From a bacterium (GTDB lineage: Bacteria > Hydrothermota > 32-111), in NCBI GenBank assembly GCA_050239825.1, contig JBFXGO010000009.1:1-61321 (forward strand): a DNA stretch of 61,321 nucleotides. Direction: 5' to 3'. Under the pieces are notes generated by a model. That model was not told the DNA's origin. It did not search any database and was given only the letters and a program-made list of their open reading frames with translations. Positions within the stretch are counted from its first letter, which is position 1. Each line of letters opens with the position of its first letter. Below, piece by piece: positions 47,190 through 58,047 of the stretch. The position numbers and the translations under genes were made by a program.

Positions 47190-48147
47190 TATAGGTGTTG
47201 TCGGAGCGACAGGACTTGTGGGTCGCGAATTTCTCTCTCTTATGGAGGAGAGGAATTTTCCGGTTAAAGACCTCTACCTTTTTGCTTCAGATAAAAGCAT
47301 CGGAAAGAGAATGAAGTTCAGAGGAAGGCAATACAAAGTGCTTCCGTTCAGCAAAGAGATATTCAGGAACATTCACATGGCATTCTTTTCTGCCGGAGCT
47401 GATATTGACATGAAACTGGTTCCTAAGGCCGCCGCTCAGGGAACAATCTGCATAGACAATTCATCCGCATTCAGAATGAACAGAAATATCCCTCTTATAG
47501 TCCCGGAAATCAACTTCAACCGCATTAAAAAAACCAACAGAATAATTGCAAATCCTAATTGTTCGACAATTCAGCTGGTTTTGGTCCTCGACATTCTCAG
47601 AAAACTCTATTCTATCAAATCAGTCTGTGTATCAACCTATCAGGCTGTCTCTGGGGCAGGAAGAGAATCTCTTGAGCTTTACTTGAAGCAGTCTTCAAAA
47701 CAAATGAGAAGCGGAAATCCGCAGTTTTTCGACAATATAATTCAAAGAATAGGACAAATTGATGAAAACGGATATTGTGAGGAGGAGATGAAAATTGTGA
47801 ATGAAACGAAGAAAATTTTAAATGACCGTAGCATTCAAATCTCGCCTACCGCCATGCGGGTTCCCCTTTCAAATGTCCACACGGAATCGGTCATTGTCTC
47901 CTTCAAAGAAAAAATCTCCTTGAAAAGAATAAAAAACGCTTTCGATAAAAATACAAACAATGTTCTTCTTGTGAATGAGTTGGATTCCTGCGATGCATCA
48001 CGCTCAAACATAACTTTTGTGAGCAGGCTTAGAAGGGATCTGCACTCTGCCGATAAACTCCTTATGATTATTTCAGCCGACAACCTGAGAGTGGGGGCGG
48101 CTCTGAATGGAATAAGAATAGCAGAAAGGATTTTAAATGAAAAGTAA
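47155..48147 (+). CDS. asd: Aspartate-semialdehyde dehydrogenase
   Basis: GATGLVG, DNSSAFRM, ANPNCST, YQAVSGAG and DNLRVGAA. Confidence 0.95.
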   Translation: MKPQRHSISSINIGVVGATGLVGREFLSLMEERNFPVKDLYLFASDKSIGKRMKFRGRQYKVLPFSKEIFRNIHMAFFSAGADIDMKLVPKAAAQGTICIDNSSAFRMNRNIPLIVPEINFNRIKKTNRIIANPNCSTIQLVLVLDILRKLYSIKSVCVSTYQAVSGAGRESLELYLKQSSKQMRSGNPQFFDNIIQRIGQIDENGYCEEEMKIVNETKKILNDRSIQISPTAMRVPLSNVHTESVIVSFKEKISLKRIKNAFDKNTNNVLLVNELDSCDASRSNITFVSRLRRDLHSADKLLMIISADNLRVGAALNGIRIAERILNEK

Positions 48148-49300
48148 AAACCTGTTTTTTTTGTCACTGCTTATGCCTATGCTGCTTTTTGCGGCTCTTG
48201 CCGAAAGCAATTACAATGTCTACTATGATGTCGACACTTTTAGAAATGTAACTCTCAACGCGACTATCTTCATCTCATCATCAGACCTTGTTTTTATCAG
48301 AGAATCCGATTCGCTTTATAAATCAGGGTACACGATATCTCTGACACTGCTACGAAAAGATAAATCTCCAATAAAAACATACTACTCGGATTCCACAATC
48401 TTTTTCGAGACCTACAAACAGACAAAGGAAGATTCTACTATGCAGCATTTTTTCTCATTTCCATCGGACTCTATGATTTCGTACATTTCGCTTGCAATTC
48501 AGGACAAAAACTCATCGAACAAATTCAATACTGTTTTTGAATCATCCCCCCCCAAAGTTTCTCTTACAGGTTCATACATTTTCGGGGCTGATTTCATTGA
48601 TAATGAAAGTGCAAGATTCTTCGCCAATGACACAATAAGGCTGGCTGTGAGCTCTGTTATTACAGATTCATCCTCCTATTCGATAAACCTTCTTGTTCAG
48701 AACTCGCAAAAAAAGGTGGTCTTTAAAAAGAAATTTAAAAAGAATTCTTTTAAAGAAGATACAATTTCAATCTACAAAGACCTTTACGGCGGATTATACG
48801 GAATAACATTAGAACTCATAAGGGACAACCGAAAAATAAGCACTGTCTACAAGAGTTTCTCGGTGGAGTTTTCTTTCATCAATTCTGAAAAAGAGTTTTC
48901 TGACATTCTTCAGGCACTCTCTTTCATCGGAAAGTGGGATGAGGTAGACAAGATAAGAAGAGCCGAAACAAATGACAGAGAGGATATTTGGAATGATTTC
49001 TGGTTCAAACAACAGCTGCACCCTGAGATAAGTTCTTATGTGGGCTATTCAGATTTTTTCGAAAGATATGATTATGCAAACAAGAATTTCACCGGTTATA
49101 AAAAAGGATTCAAAACCGATTTCGGGAAAATACACATAATGTACGGAAAGCCGGATGAGATAGAGAGACATCCCTTTGACACTGATTCCAAACCTTATGA
49201 AATCTGGTACTATTGGACCTTAGGCTATGAATTTCTCTTTATTGATGAAAGAGGCTACGGAGAGTACACCCTTAAAAATTATATGGGGCAATTAAAATGA
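48137..49300 (+). CDS. GWxTD-domain exported protein
   Basis: Signal peptide, DFW..RYDYAN..GFKTDFGKIHIMYGKPD and YEIWYY..FLFID. Confidence 0.85.
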   Translation: MKSKNLFFLSLLMPMLLFAALAESNYNVYYDVDTFRNVTLNATIFISSSDLVFIRESDSLYKSGYTISLTLLRKDKSPIKTYYSDSTIFFETYKQTKEDSTMQHFFSFPSDSMISYISLAIQDKNSSNKFNTVFESSPPKVSLTGSYIFGADFIDNESARFFANDTIRLAVSSVITDSSSYSINLLVQNSQKKVVFKKKFKKNSFKEDTISIYKDLYGGLYGITLELIRDNRKISTVYKSFSVEFSFINSEKEFSDILQALSFIGKWDEVDKIRRAETNDREDIWNDFWFKQQLHPEISSYVGYSDFFERYDYANKNFTGYKKGFKTDFGKIHIMYGKPDEIERHPFDTDSKPYEIWYYWTLGYEFLFIDERGYGEYTLKNYMGQLK

Positions 49301-50610
49301 AAAAAAGCATTTTGTTGTCGGTGATGTTGTTATCACTGCTTATCCATTCAGAGATGTTCACAGATGTGACGGTCTTCAAGACGCAGAAAGATCTCTACCA
49401 GATAATCTGCGACATAGAGATACCGTCAAAAAACATTATGTACAAGAACGTTGACGGAAAACTGACAGGCATTGTAAACATAAGAGCTATCATCAGGAAT
49501 ATGGAGACAAACCAATCCGTCAATGATGAATGGAATACAAAGTCGCTGATATCCAAAATCGAGGAGATAAACAGAAACATGTCTCTCTTTGACAGGACTT
49601 CATTCGTCTTGTCTCCGGGGAAGTATGAGTTTACAGTGATAGCTCATGACTCATTTTCTATGACCGACTGGTCGATTGTCGACACGGTCTTTCTTGACAG
49701 CATGAAGGATGAGCCTTTTATTTCATCTCCTCTTATTGCATTCACTATAAGCAGAGATTCGCTCAACGGGAAATTCACAAAGAACGGCTATGCAATAGTG
49801 CCTAATCCTTCCAATAAATTCACACTTTCAAACCCCATTCTATATATTTACAATGAGGTCTATAATTTAGAGAAGGATGAAACCTATTTTGTTTCGTATG
49901 AAATTCTGAGTGAAAAGGATTCTTTAATACTGAAGACAGATCCTCTTGAAAAAAAGGCTCCCGGTTTTGATTTTGTAAATACAAATCTGATATCCACCCT
50001 AGCTCTCAAAGAGGGCAGATACAAATTAAAAATACATTTCTTTGGAGAAGGATTCTCTCTTGAAAAAGAGACAGATTTTGAAAAAGCTCTTTCTGTGGCT
50101 TCATCCGAGATTGCCCAAATCAATTTGAGTGATGAGCAAATGAAATATTACAGTTTGATTGATTACATCGCAACCGACAAGGAAAAAAATCAATATAAAG
50201 CTCTTGACGAAAAAGGGAAGCACAATTTCCTTATAAATTTCTGGCTAAGAAAAGATGATTCTCCCAATAACGGCAAACTTGAAGCTCTTGATAATTTTAT
50301 CAAGAATGTAAAGTTTGTTAATTCACAATACTCTTCAGGTTACGAAGAAGGCTATTATTCGGATAGAGGAAGAATTTACCTCAAATACGGTTCTCCTGAC
50401 GAATCTATGGTAATCCCAATGAGCGAAGGGGCAAAATCCTATGAGAATTGGATCTACTACAGAAGCAGCGGCCTTCAGTTTATTTTTATGGACATCAAGG
50501 GATTCGGCAAGTATGAAATCCTCTATACAAATGATGAAAGCGAAGATATCCCTGCCAATTGGGAGAATTACATTCATGATGAAAACATGATACAATTTTA
50601 CAGGAATTAG
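49297..50610 (+). CDS. GWxTD-domain exported protein
   Basis: Signal peptide, PNPS, FWLRKD..GYYSDRGRIYLKYGSPD and YENWIY..FIFMD. Confidence 0.85.
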   Translation: MKKSILLSVMLLSLLIHSEMFTDVTVFKTQKDLYQIICDIEIPSKNIMYKNVDGKLTGIVNIRAIIRNMETNQSVNDEWNTKSLISKIEEINRNMSLFDRTSFVLSPGKYEFTVIAHDSFSMTDWSIVDTVFLDSMKDEPFISSPLIAFTISRDSLNGKFTKNGYAIVPNPSNKFTLSNPILYIYNEVYNLEKDETYFVSYEILSEKDSLILKTDPLEKKAPGFDFVNTNLISTLALKEGRYKLKIHFFGEGFSLEKETDFEKALSVASSEIAQINLSDEQMKYYSLIDYIATDKEKNQYKALDEKGKHNFLINFWLRKDDSPNNGKLEALDNFIKNVKFVNSQYSSGYEEGYYSDRGRIYLKYGSPDESMVIPMSEGAKSYENWIYYRSSGLQFIFMDIKGFGKYEILYTNDESEDIPANWENYIHDENMIQFYRN

Positions 50611-50611
50611 A

Positions 50612-52180
50612 ATGCGTAATTTTGATATTCTTATTGTCGGTAGCGGAATAGCTGGATTGACATTTGCTTATAAAATGGCTCCCTACGGCAAAATAGGAAT
50701 AATCACAAAAAAAGCCGCGCAGGACTCAAATACGAATTATGCGCAGGGCGGGATAGCGTCGGTATTCGGAAAAGACGATTCTTTTGATGAACATATAAAA
50801 GATACGCTTGAGACGGGGCACGGACTCTGCCATCCTGATGCAGTGAGGATAATAGTTGAGAATGGCCCAAGGCTTGTGCTTGAACTAAGGGACATGGGAG
50901 CAAAGTTCGAAACGGATGAAGGCGGAAATTTCCGTCTCGGAATGGAGGGCGGCCATAAGAAGCGGAGAATAGTGCATGCGGGAGATTTCACAGGATACGA
51001 AATAGAAAGGTGCCTTTTAAACAATATCTCCACTTACAATTCGGTCGAGATGCTGACAAACCATTTTGCATGCGACCTTATAGTCGATGACAGGAATGTC
51101 TGTCAAGGAATCTATGTGCTTGATAAAAAGACAAATGAGATTGAGCCTTATTTCTCAAAGTTTGTCTTCATCGCAACAGGAGGCATAGGCAATATCTACA
51201 AACACACAACCAATCCTTCCATCGCAACAGGAGACGGTGTTGCTATGTCCTACATAGCAAATGCTCAGATAGCCAACATGGAATTCGTTCAGTTTCATCC
51301 GACATCGCTTTATGGATCCGATGAAAAAGGAAGACTCTTTCTGATATCTGAAGCAGTCCGCGGAGAGGGGGGGTTCCTCAAGCTCAAGGATAACAGACAA
51401 TTCATGCACAAGTACCATCCCATGAAATCGCTTGCACCGCGGGATTTTGTTGCTAAGGCGATAGACAGCGAATTAAAGCTCTCGGGAGAGGATTTCGTCT
51501 ACCTCGATGTTTCAACATTTTCTCATAAAAAATTTCAAGAGAGATTTCCGAGCATTTATAAAAAATGCAGGGAGCTTGGGATAGATGTTCCGTTCAGTCC
51601 AATCCCTGTGGTGCCAGCCGCTCATTACAGTTGCGGAGGAATACTCACCGACATCAATGCGCGCACTTCAATAAAGAATCTTTACTCGGCAGGTGAGGTC
51701 TCCTCAACTGGAGTTCACGGCGCCAATCGACTTGCATCAAACTCCCTTTTGGAGGCTATTGTCTTCGCCGAAAGGGCATTCTTGGATATAAAGCCTCTCA
51801 TGGGCGACGAATTCGAAACAAATGTTCCGGGTTTCTACAACCAGCCAATACCTATGGAAAAAGAGATTCTTGAAGAGATTATTTCCGAGAAGATGTCTGT
51901 AAAGGAGATAATGTGGAAAAAGGTCGGAATTGTTCGTTCCACAAAGTCCCTTAAAGAGGCAGATGTCAAAATTGATTCAATCTATAAAAAATTTTCAGCT
52001 ATGGAAAAATACAACAATGTAAACTATTTTGAGCTGAGAAATATGCTGATAGTCTCAAAAATCGTCATCGCTTCCGCTCTTAAGAGAAGAGAATCCCGTG
52101 GACTGCATTACAATTCTGATTATCCGGAAGAAAATAACTCACAGTATCTTCATGACACTATAATTCAAAAGGAGGTATGA
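50612..52180 (+). CDS. nadB: L-aspartate oxidase
   Basis: GSGIAG, YAQGGIA, EGGH, QFHPT, SEAVRGEG, HYSCGG, HGANRLASNSL and ESRGLH. Confidence 0.96.
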   Translation: MRNFDILIVGSGIAGLTFAYKMAPYGKIGIITKKAAQDSNTNYAQGGIASVFGKDDSFDEHIKDTLETGHGLCHPDAVRIIVENGPRLVLELRDMGAKFETDEGGNFRLGMEGGHKKRRIVHAGDFTGYEIERCLLNNISTYNSVEMLTNHFACDLIVDDRNVCQGIYVLDKKTNEIEPYFSKFVFIATGGIGNIYKHTTNPSIATGDGVAMSYIANAQIANMEFVQFHPTSLYGSDEKGRLFLISEAVRGEGGFLKLKDNRQFMHKYHPMKSLAPRDFVAKAIDSELKLSGEDFVYLDVSTFSHKKFQERFPSIYKKCRELGIDVPFSPIPVVPAAHYSCGGILTDINARTSIKNLYSAGEVSSTGVHGANRLASNSLLEAIVFAERAFLDIKPLMGDEFETNVPGFYNQPIPMEKEILEEIISEKMSVKEIMWKKVGIVRSTKSLKEADVKIDSIYKKFSAMEKYNNVNYFELRNMLIVSKIVIASALKRRESRGLHYNSDYPEENNSQYLHDTIIQKEV

Positions 52181-52181
52181 T

Positions 52182-52469
52182 ATGGATGCCAAGATCACAG
52201 GAAAACATGTTGAAATTTCTCCTCAGATAAAGCTTTTTATTGAAAAAGCGCTAGAGAGGCTTGAAAAATTTGAGCATCATATAATATCATGCAGTGTCTT
52301 GGTAGAACTGAATGAAAAAAGATACAAGGTTGAAGTGGAAATTGATGTGAAAAAGCACAGATTCACAGCCAGCGATGAATCCTTCGACCTGACAACTTCA
52401 GTTGATAAATCCGTCAATAAAATGAAATCGCAGCTGAAGAAATTTGAGGAAAAGAAACATGAGCACTGA
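52182..52469 (+). CDS. hpf: Ribosome hibernation factor (short HPF/RaiA)
   Basis: ITGKHVEIS and DLTTSVD..KMKSQLKK; upstream of hprK. Confidence 0.88.
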   Translation: MDAKITGKHVEISPQIKLFIEKALERLEKFEHHIISCSVLVELNEKRYKVEVEIDVKKHRFTASDESFDLTTSVDKSVNKMKSQLKKFEEKKHEH

Positions 52470-53451
52470 CAGAAAGATCGAAATTTCCGTAAAAGATTTT
52501 TTTGTTGAAAATAAGGATGACCTTTCTCTTCAATTAGTGAGCGGTCAAGAGGGAATGGACAACCGCATATCAGAGGTTGAACCCCATCATCCAGGACTTG
52601 CTTTTGCAGGTTTTTCGGATTATGTATCAAGCGATGCTCTGTTTATAATGGGAGAGGTTGAATCTGCTTATCTCCGTCATCTTTCTTCTTTAAAGAGATC
52701 GGTTAATCTGAACAAGGTATTTGAAAAGAAATTCCCGTGCATGATAGCAGGTAGCAAAGTAGAGGTTCCCAAAATCATGAAGATTCTCTCCAACAAACAC
52801 AATATTCCCATCTTTTCCTCCTCTGCTGATACAGCAATGCTATTTCACCGCACCAGCACTTACCTTTCCAGCAGATTGGCCCCATCAGTGACATTTCACG
52901 GGACTCTGGTTGATATTTACGGAATAGGGGTTTTGATCTCAGGCAAAAGCGGCATAGGAAAAAGCGAGTGCGCTCTTGACCTTATAGACAGGGGCCACAG
53001 GCTCGTTGCAGACGATGCAATAAAAATATTCAGAAGAGGCGAACATATCCTTATGGGAACCGGCATAGCGCCAGATTCATCTCTTCAGTACCATATGGAA
53101 GTCAGAGGGGTCGGAATTCTTGACATTGCAAAGATTTTCGGCATCAGAGGCGTAAGGCTTCACAAGAGAATAGAGATAGAGATAAACCTTGTGGAATGGA
53201 AACAGGATACCAATGTTGAGAGAGTCGGACTCAAGGAGGGGACAAAGAGCATTCTTGATGTGGAAATACCATTGGTGACCATACCTTTGATACCCGGTAA
53301 AAATGTATCCGTGATTGCTGAGGTGGTTGCTTTGAACCACCTTCTAAAAATATCTGGATACGACACTGCAAAAGTTTTTAATGCGACTTTAATAAAACTT
53401 ATGCAGGAAAAGGCAAAAAAACTCGCAAGACTGGATGAGGATGTAGAATGA
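52459..53451 (+). CDS. hprK: HPr(Ser) kinase/phosphatase
   Basis: HGTLVDIYGIGVLISGKSGIGKSE, GHRLVADD, MEVRGVGI and PGKN. Confidence 0.96.
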   Translation: MSTDRKIEISVKDFFVENKDDLSLQLVSGQEGMDNRISEVEPHHPGLAFAGFSDYVSSDALFIMGEVESAYLRHLSSLKRSVNLNKVFEKKFPCMIAGSKVEVPKIMKILSNKHNIPIFSSSADTAMLFHRTSTYLSSRLAPSVTFHGTLVDIYGIGVLISGKSGIGKSECALDLIDRGHRLVADDAIKIFRRGEHILMGTGIAPDSSLQYHMEVRGVGILDIAKIFGIRGVRLHKRIEIEINLVEWKQDTNVERVGLKEGTKSILDVEIPLVTIPLIPGKNVSVIAEVVALNHLLKISGYDTAKVFNATLIKLMQEKAKKLARLDEDVE

Positions 53452-53825
53452 TATACGGAATATTTACAGGACACAGCAATTTCGCCTTGAATGCAGTGGA
53501 ATCGGCTGAAAAAATAATCGGCTCTCAGGACAATTATTCAATTATTTCCAATAAGGATTTGAGTTCCGATGAAATATTCAGAATGCTCAGCGATATAATT
53601 GCAAAGAACTCCGATTTTGATTATTTTTTTATTTTTATTGATTTTTACGGTTCATCGATTTCACTTCCCTCAGTGAGAATCAAGCAGATGAACGACCAAA
53701 AGGTCGGTCTCGTCTTCGGTTACAATATGCCTATGATACTCGATTTTTTCATTCACAGATCAAAGAAAAATTTCAGGGAGCTTCACGGAAAGCTTCTTGA
53801 AGTCGGGAGGATGGGAATAAGATGA
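53448..53825 (+). CDS. PTS mannose-type EIIA component
   Basis: TGHSNFA (phospho-His), IDFYGSS and GYNMPM. Confidence 0.82.
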   Translation: MIYGIFTGHSNFALNAVESAEKIIGSQDNYSIISNKDLSSDEIFRMLSDIIAKNSDFDYFFIFIDFYGSSISLPSVRIKQMNDQKVGLVFGYNMPMILDFFIHRSKKNFRELHGKLLEVGRMGIR

Positions 53826-54286
53826 AGATCCTTAGAATCGACGACAGACTGATTCACGGTCAGGTAATAGTGGGATGGGTCAAGAAGCTCGGGCTTGCTT
53901 CTCTCGTGCTTTTGCACACAGACCTTGAAAGCGACATCATCGAACTGTACAGAAGCATGCTTGAACAAGAGGTTGATTTTACTTCCGTAAACCTGACAAA
54001 GGAGAGCATTCCTTTAAGAGGCAGTTCAATCTATGTGGCAGGCTCATTAAATGAACTTTATAGCAACAAAGAGAAGCTTCTTCCGGTTGGATTTGAACTT
54101 CTGAATTTCGGAGGCCTTCGCACTAAAGAATCAAAGTCCAAGCTCCTTGATTTCATATTTATGGACAAAGAGGAGATGCGGCACGCACTTGAATTGATAT
54201 CTTTACTTAATATAAAGACAAACGCGCAGGAGCTGCCGGAGTCCGAAAACTTCAATATAGCAAAACTCATAAAGGAGCATTTATGA
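53822..54286 (+). CDS. PTS mannose/sorbose-type EIIB component
   Basis: [20 protein letters not shown] and QELP. Confidence 0.88.
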   Translation: MKILRIDDRLIHGQVIVGWVKKLGLASLVLLHTDLESDIIELYRSMLEQEVDFTSVNLTKESIPLRGSSIYVAGSLNELYSNKEKLLPVGFELLNFGGLRTKESKSKLLDFIFMDKEEMRHALELISLLNIKTNAQELPESENFNIAKLIKEHL

Positions 54287-56010
54287 AAAATAAATCAAAA
54301 GCGCACAGTATGTTCAGGAGAATTCTTTTCACAACTCTTCCTTTTGTTTTTGTCATGTTCTTTTTGATGCTTCTTGCAGTTCAATATATAAATATCGCAA
54401 ACTACAAGAAGACTTATGACAACAACCTTGTCATGCTCTTTGAAATGATAGCCAAGAATTCGCAATTCTCTTTTCTGACGAACAACATCGCAGGATTTGA
54501 AGAGACCGCCAAACAGATAATGATGCATCCGGATGCCTATTATGTGCAGATATTCAATTCAGACAAACAGAGAATATTCATGAAACTTCCTGATAATGCG
54601 CAGAACATACCCGTGCTGAACGAAGATATGCTCTCATCAATGAAAGAGAGTGAAAATGTGCAATCTGCAGAGTCGGGTGAAAATTTTCCCTTCATAGTTG
54701 ACTATTACATACCTGTTTATGCGGAAATGGCGGCCGAGAATCCTGAAATGGGATTTGATGAAATGATGAACGAGGGATCTGAGGCATCTGTCTCCCTCGT
54801 AGGCTTTATGATGGTCGGAATAAGCACGAAAAATTATAATTCTTTCATAATCCGCACAATAGGGATAACACTTCTTCTCGTAATAGCGGCTACTTTGATA
54901 TTTGTCTTCGTTCTCAGATTTTTATACAATAAAATAGTTTTTCCGATACGCACAGTTAAAAAGAAAATGGACTTCATTACAAGCGGCAAAGCCAATCTTA
55001 ATGAAAGAATAGAGCTGAAGACCGACAGGGAGATAATGGAGCTTATAGAAGGATTCAACAGGATTCTAGACATGCTCAACTCTATGACAGCGCAGATAGG
55101 AGAGGTGGGGACAAACCTTTCCGAACATATCGAACTCCTCACTTCATCATCGGAACAGCTGACTGCGTCATCAGAGGAGATAACATCTACAATTCAGCAG
55201 ATAACGCACAATTCAACGGAGCAGGCTCAGCTTATTGATGACATAGCCAAGAAATCCAAAGTCACAGTGACAAATATAGAAAAATCTGTGGCCAAAACAA
55301 CAGAGAACGAAAAATTTTCGGGAAATATTCTGTCAATCTCATTGAGCGGCAAACAATTGGCAAAGACCGCCGTTGAAAAGATAGACAAACTGCGTGAGTC
55401 ATCCAATAAACTTTACACTACAATCGATGATGTAAATGAAAAACAGTCAAGGATATCAACTATTACCGACGCTATAGAGACTATCACAAACAGAACCAAC
55501 ATTCTTTCTTTGAATGCCTCTATAGAGGCGGCGAGAGCCGGAGAGTATGGAAGAGGTTTTCAGGTGGTGGCTGAGGAGATACGAAAACTCGCGGAGAAAT
55601 CGGCTGAAGCTGCGGTTGAAATACATAAAATAATACAGGAAACCAACAACTCGATAAAGATTCTCATGGATGAATCTCGCGCAAACGAGCAGATGATGGT
55701 TGAGGGAAAGGATGTGATAATGAACACATCCAATGTGCTTGAACAAATATCAAATAACATCAATTACATAGTTACAAACAACAAAAACATCTCCCAGGAG
55801 ATAAAATTCGTCTCTGAAAATATTGTAAAATTCAGCAATGTAATTGAAGAGGTGGCAAAGATATCCGATGGAAACGCGGCTTCCAGTCAGGAGATGTCAG
55901 CTTCAATAGAGGAAGAAGGAGCATCCATTGAAGAGCTTGCCTCAAGCGCTCAACAGCTACACGATGTAATAATAAAACTTCAGGATATAGTGAGAAAATT
56001 CTCTGCTTGA
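54283..56010 (+). CDS. Methyl-accepting chemotaxis protein
   Basis: Two TMs, a periplasmic domain, HAMP and [33 protein letters not shown]. Confidence 0.93.
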   Translation: MKNKSKAHSMFRRILFTTLPFVFVMFFLMLLAVQYINIANYKKTYDNNLVMLFEMIAKNSQFSFLTNNIAGFEETAKQIMMHPDAYYVQIFNSDKQRIFMKLPDNAQNIPVLNEDMLSSMKESENVQSAESGENFPFIVDYYIPVYAEMAAENPEMGFDEMMNEGSEASVSLVGFMMVGISTKNYNSFIIRTIGITLLLVIAATLIFVFVLRFLYNKIVFPIRTVKKKMDFITSGKANLNERIELKTDREIMELIEGFNRILDMLNSMTAQIGEVGTNLSEHIELLTSSSEQLTASSEEITSTIQQITHNSTEQAQLIDDIAKKSKVTVTNIEKSVAKTTENEKFSGNILSISLSGKQLAKTAVEKIDKLRESSNKLYTTIDDVNEKQSRISTITDAIETITNRTNILSLNASIEAARAGEYGRGFQVVAEEIRKLAEKSAEAAVEIHKIIQETNNSIKILMDESRANEQMMVEGKDVIMNTSNVLEQISNNINYIVTNNKNISQEIKFVSENIVKFSNVIEEVAKISDGNAASSQEMSASIEEEGASIEELASSAQQLHDVIIKLQDIVRKFSA

Positions 56011-56013
56011 GAA

Positions 56014-56589
56014 TTACAGACGTTGCAGAATCATTTTTGATACTGCTTTGAGTGTTTCAAACACTCCGATTCCCTGTGTTGCCACTGCCTCAAAATAAGG
56101 CACATTCCATGGATTTATAGACTTCTGCAGGTCATCAAGAGAGGATATGTTTGGCAGGTCTCTTTTGTTGTACTGCAAAACAAAAGGTATGTCCTCTATC
56201 TTCAGGGAATGCTCCTGAAGATTTTCAAGAAGATTGTCTATGGATTCAATATTGTCTTCAAATCTCTCAACCTGAGAGTCGGCGACAAAAACAATTCCGT
56301 CCACCCCCTTTAAAATCAACTTTCTCGAGGCGTTATAGTATATCTGTCCGGGAACCGTGTACAGCTGAAATTTGGTTTTAAAGCCTTTGACTGAACCTAT
56401 ATCCATTGGAAGAAAATCGAAAAACAATGTTCTGTCCATTTCAGTGGCAAGGGATATCATTTTTCCTTTCTGGTCAGGACTCACTTTGTTGTAGATGACC
56501 TTCAAATTTGTCGTCTTACCTCCAAGTCCGGTTCCATAGTAGACAATTTTAAAGGTTATTTCGCGCGAAGAGTAATTAATAACTGACAA
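56014..56589 (-). CDS. mglA: MglA small Ras-like GTPase
   Basis: [30 protein letters not shown] and QYNKRD. Confidence 0.96.
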   Translation of the reverse strand: MSVINYSSREITFKIVYYGTGLGGKTTNLKVIYNKVSPDQKGKMISLATEMDRTLFFDFLPMDIGSVKGFKTKFQLYTVPGQIYYNASRKLILKGVDGIVFVADSQVERFEDNIESIDNLLENLQEHSLKIEDIPFVLQYNKRDLPNISSLDDLQKSINPWNVPYFEAVATQGIGVFETLKAVSKMILQRL

Positions 56590-56604
56590 AGTGCGCCTCC
56601 ATAT

Positions 56605-57102
56605 TTATTTAAACAGATCATCAAGTTCGCTTTCTGCGGCTTTCTTGAAATCATCATTGAAAGTTTCTTTGACTCTCGGAGCATTTGCACTGAGCTTGGA
56701 GAAAATATTAGTAAAAATCCTTTCCAGCTCGGCAACCGATGTCTTTATCCTGACTCTTATAAGTCCGAGGTTTGTCGTCTTTCCGAAGATTACTACAAGT
56801 ATTATTCGGGAGAGAACTATCGTGATATAGATATTCTCCTGTTTTCCCTGATGAAATAGCTCCGTGAACTCATCCTCTCCTATCAGAAGAGCAAGTTGTG
56901 AGGTGGCGGCAAAATCAGCCGCGGCGAGAGAACCGAATGAGACGAGGTCAACATTCGTAGTATTGCCGACAGAGGTTATCATCTGACCCGCTTTGTCAAC
57001 CAAAAGCAGGGCAGTTGCATTTGTTGAGGTAAGCAATCTGTTGAGCGCATTGTTTATATCCCAGAAGTCCTGCTCAAAGATGCTCAGATTTTCATAACTC
57101 AA
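56605..57102 (-). CDS. mglB: MglB roadblock/LC7 GTPase-activating protein
   Basis: LVDKAGQ, SLAAADFAAT, LFHQG, LGLIRVR and DDLF tail. Confidence 0.93.
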   Translation of the reverse strand: MSYENLSIFEQDFWDINNALNRLLTSTNATALLLVDKAGQMITSVGNTTNVDLVSFGSLAAADFAATSQLALLIGEDEFTELFHQGKQENIYITIVLSRIILVVIFGKTTNLGLIRVRIKTSVAELERIFTNIFSKLSANAPRVKETFNDDFKKAAESELDDLFK

Positions 57103-57117
57103 ATGCGTCCTCCTGTT

Positions 57118-58038
57118 TTACTTGCAGGAACTCTCCTTATTGAGAAGAGCATTCCATCTTTCATCCACATTTTTCCTGAGTTCTTCCACAAGAGCCGGCT
57201 CATTCTTAAGATGCTTGAATCTCACCTGCGAAAACAAAAAATCTTCAAGAGGTTTGACTGTCTTCGGCTTAACATTTATTTTGTATTTTCCGTTTTCGTA
57301 TTCATACACAGGCCAGAAATGAGTATCAACCGCCAGTCTGGCAAGCTCAATTGAGAGAGACGGGTCATACCCCCATCCAAGCGGACAAGGGGAAAGAACA
57401 TCAATAAATGTAGGCCCGTCGATAGAGAGAGCCTTTTCAACTTTTGAAACAAAATCAGACCAGTAGGCGGGAGATGCCTGAGCTACATACTGCAGATTGT
57501 GTGCTATCATTATCTCTGTTAAATCTTTTCTGTTCTGCATCTTTCCTTTGACTACAGAACCTGCGGGGCTGGTTGTTGTTGAACTGCCAAGAGGAGTTGC
57601 GCTGGAGCGTTGTATTCCCGTGTTCATATATGCCCCGTTGTCATAGCATATATAGAGCATGTTGTGGCCTCTCTCCATTGCTCCGGAGAGTGATTGAATA
57701 CCTATGTCATAAGTGCCACCGTCTCCCCCGAATGCTATGAAATTGATTTTCTTGTTTGTCTTGCCTCTCTTTAGAAGGGCTCTGTAGGCGCTCTCCACTC
57801 CGCTTGCAGTCGCGGCTGAATTTTCAAATGCATTGTGAAGGAATGGAACATTCCATGATGTATAAGGATAAATAGTTGAGACAACCTCCATGCATCCTGT
57901 GGCTCCTACAACCACAGTGTCTTTTCCGGCGGCTGCCATCAGAAGCCTCAGTATGACTGTTCCACCGCACCCTGCGCAAGCTCTGTGCCCCTGTGTAAAC
58001 AAATTGCCTTTATTTGCAAGTTCTTTTATTGTTGCCAT
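57118..58038 (-). CDS. porB: Pyruvate:ferredoxin oxidoreductase beta subunit
   Basis: GHRACAGC, TGC, GGDGGTYDIG, DNGAYMNTG and SPCP. Confidence 0.93.
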   Translation of the reverse strand: MATIKELANKGNLFTQGHRACAGCGGTVILRLLMAAAGKDTVVVGATGCMEVVSTIYPYTSWNVPFLHNAFENSAATASGVESAYRALLKRGKTNKKINFIAFGGDGGTYDIGIQSLSGAMERGHNMLYICYDNGAYMNTGIQRSSATPLGSSTTTSPAGSVVKGKMQNRKDLTEIMIAHNLQYVAQASPAYWSDFVSKVEKALSIDGPTFIDVLSPCPLGWGYDPSLSIELARLAVDTHFWPVYEYENGKYKINVKPKTVKPLEDFLFSQVRFKHLKNEPALVEELRKNVDERWNALLNKESSCK

Positions 58039-58047
58039 TTTATTCTC

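Noticed and set aside
44081..52180. Missing dapA/dapF/lysA and nadA/nadC
   Set aside because: These genes are often scattered, so absence cannot be judged from one window.
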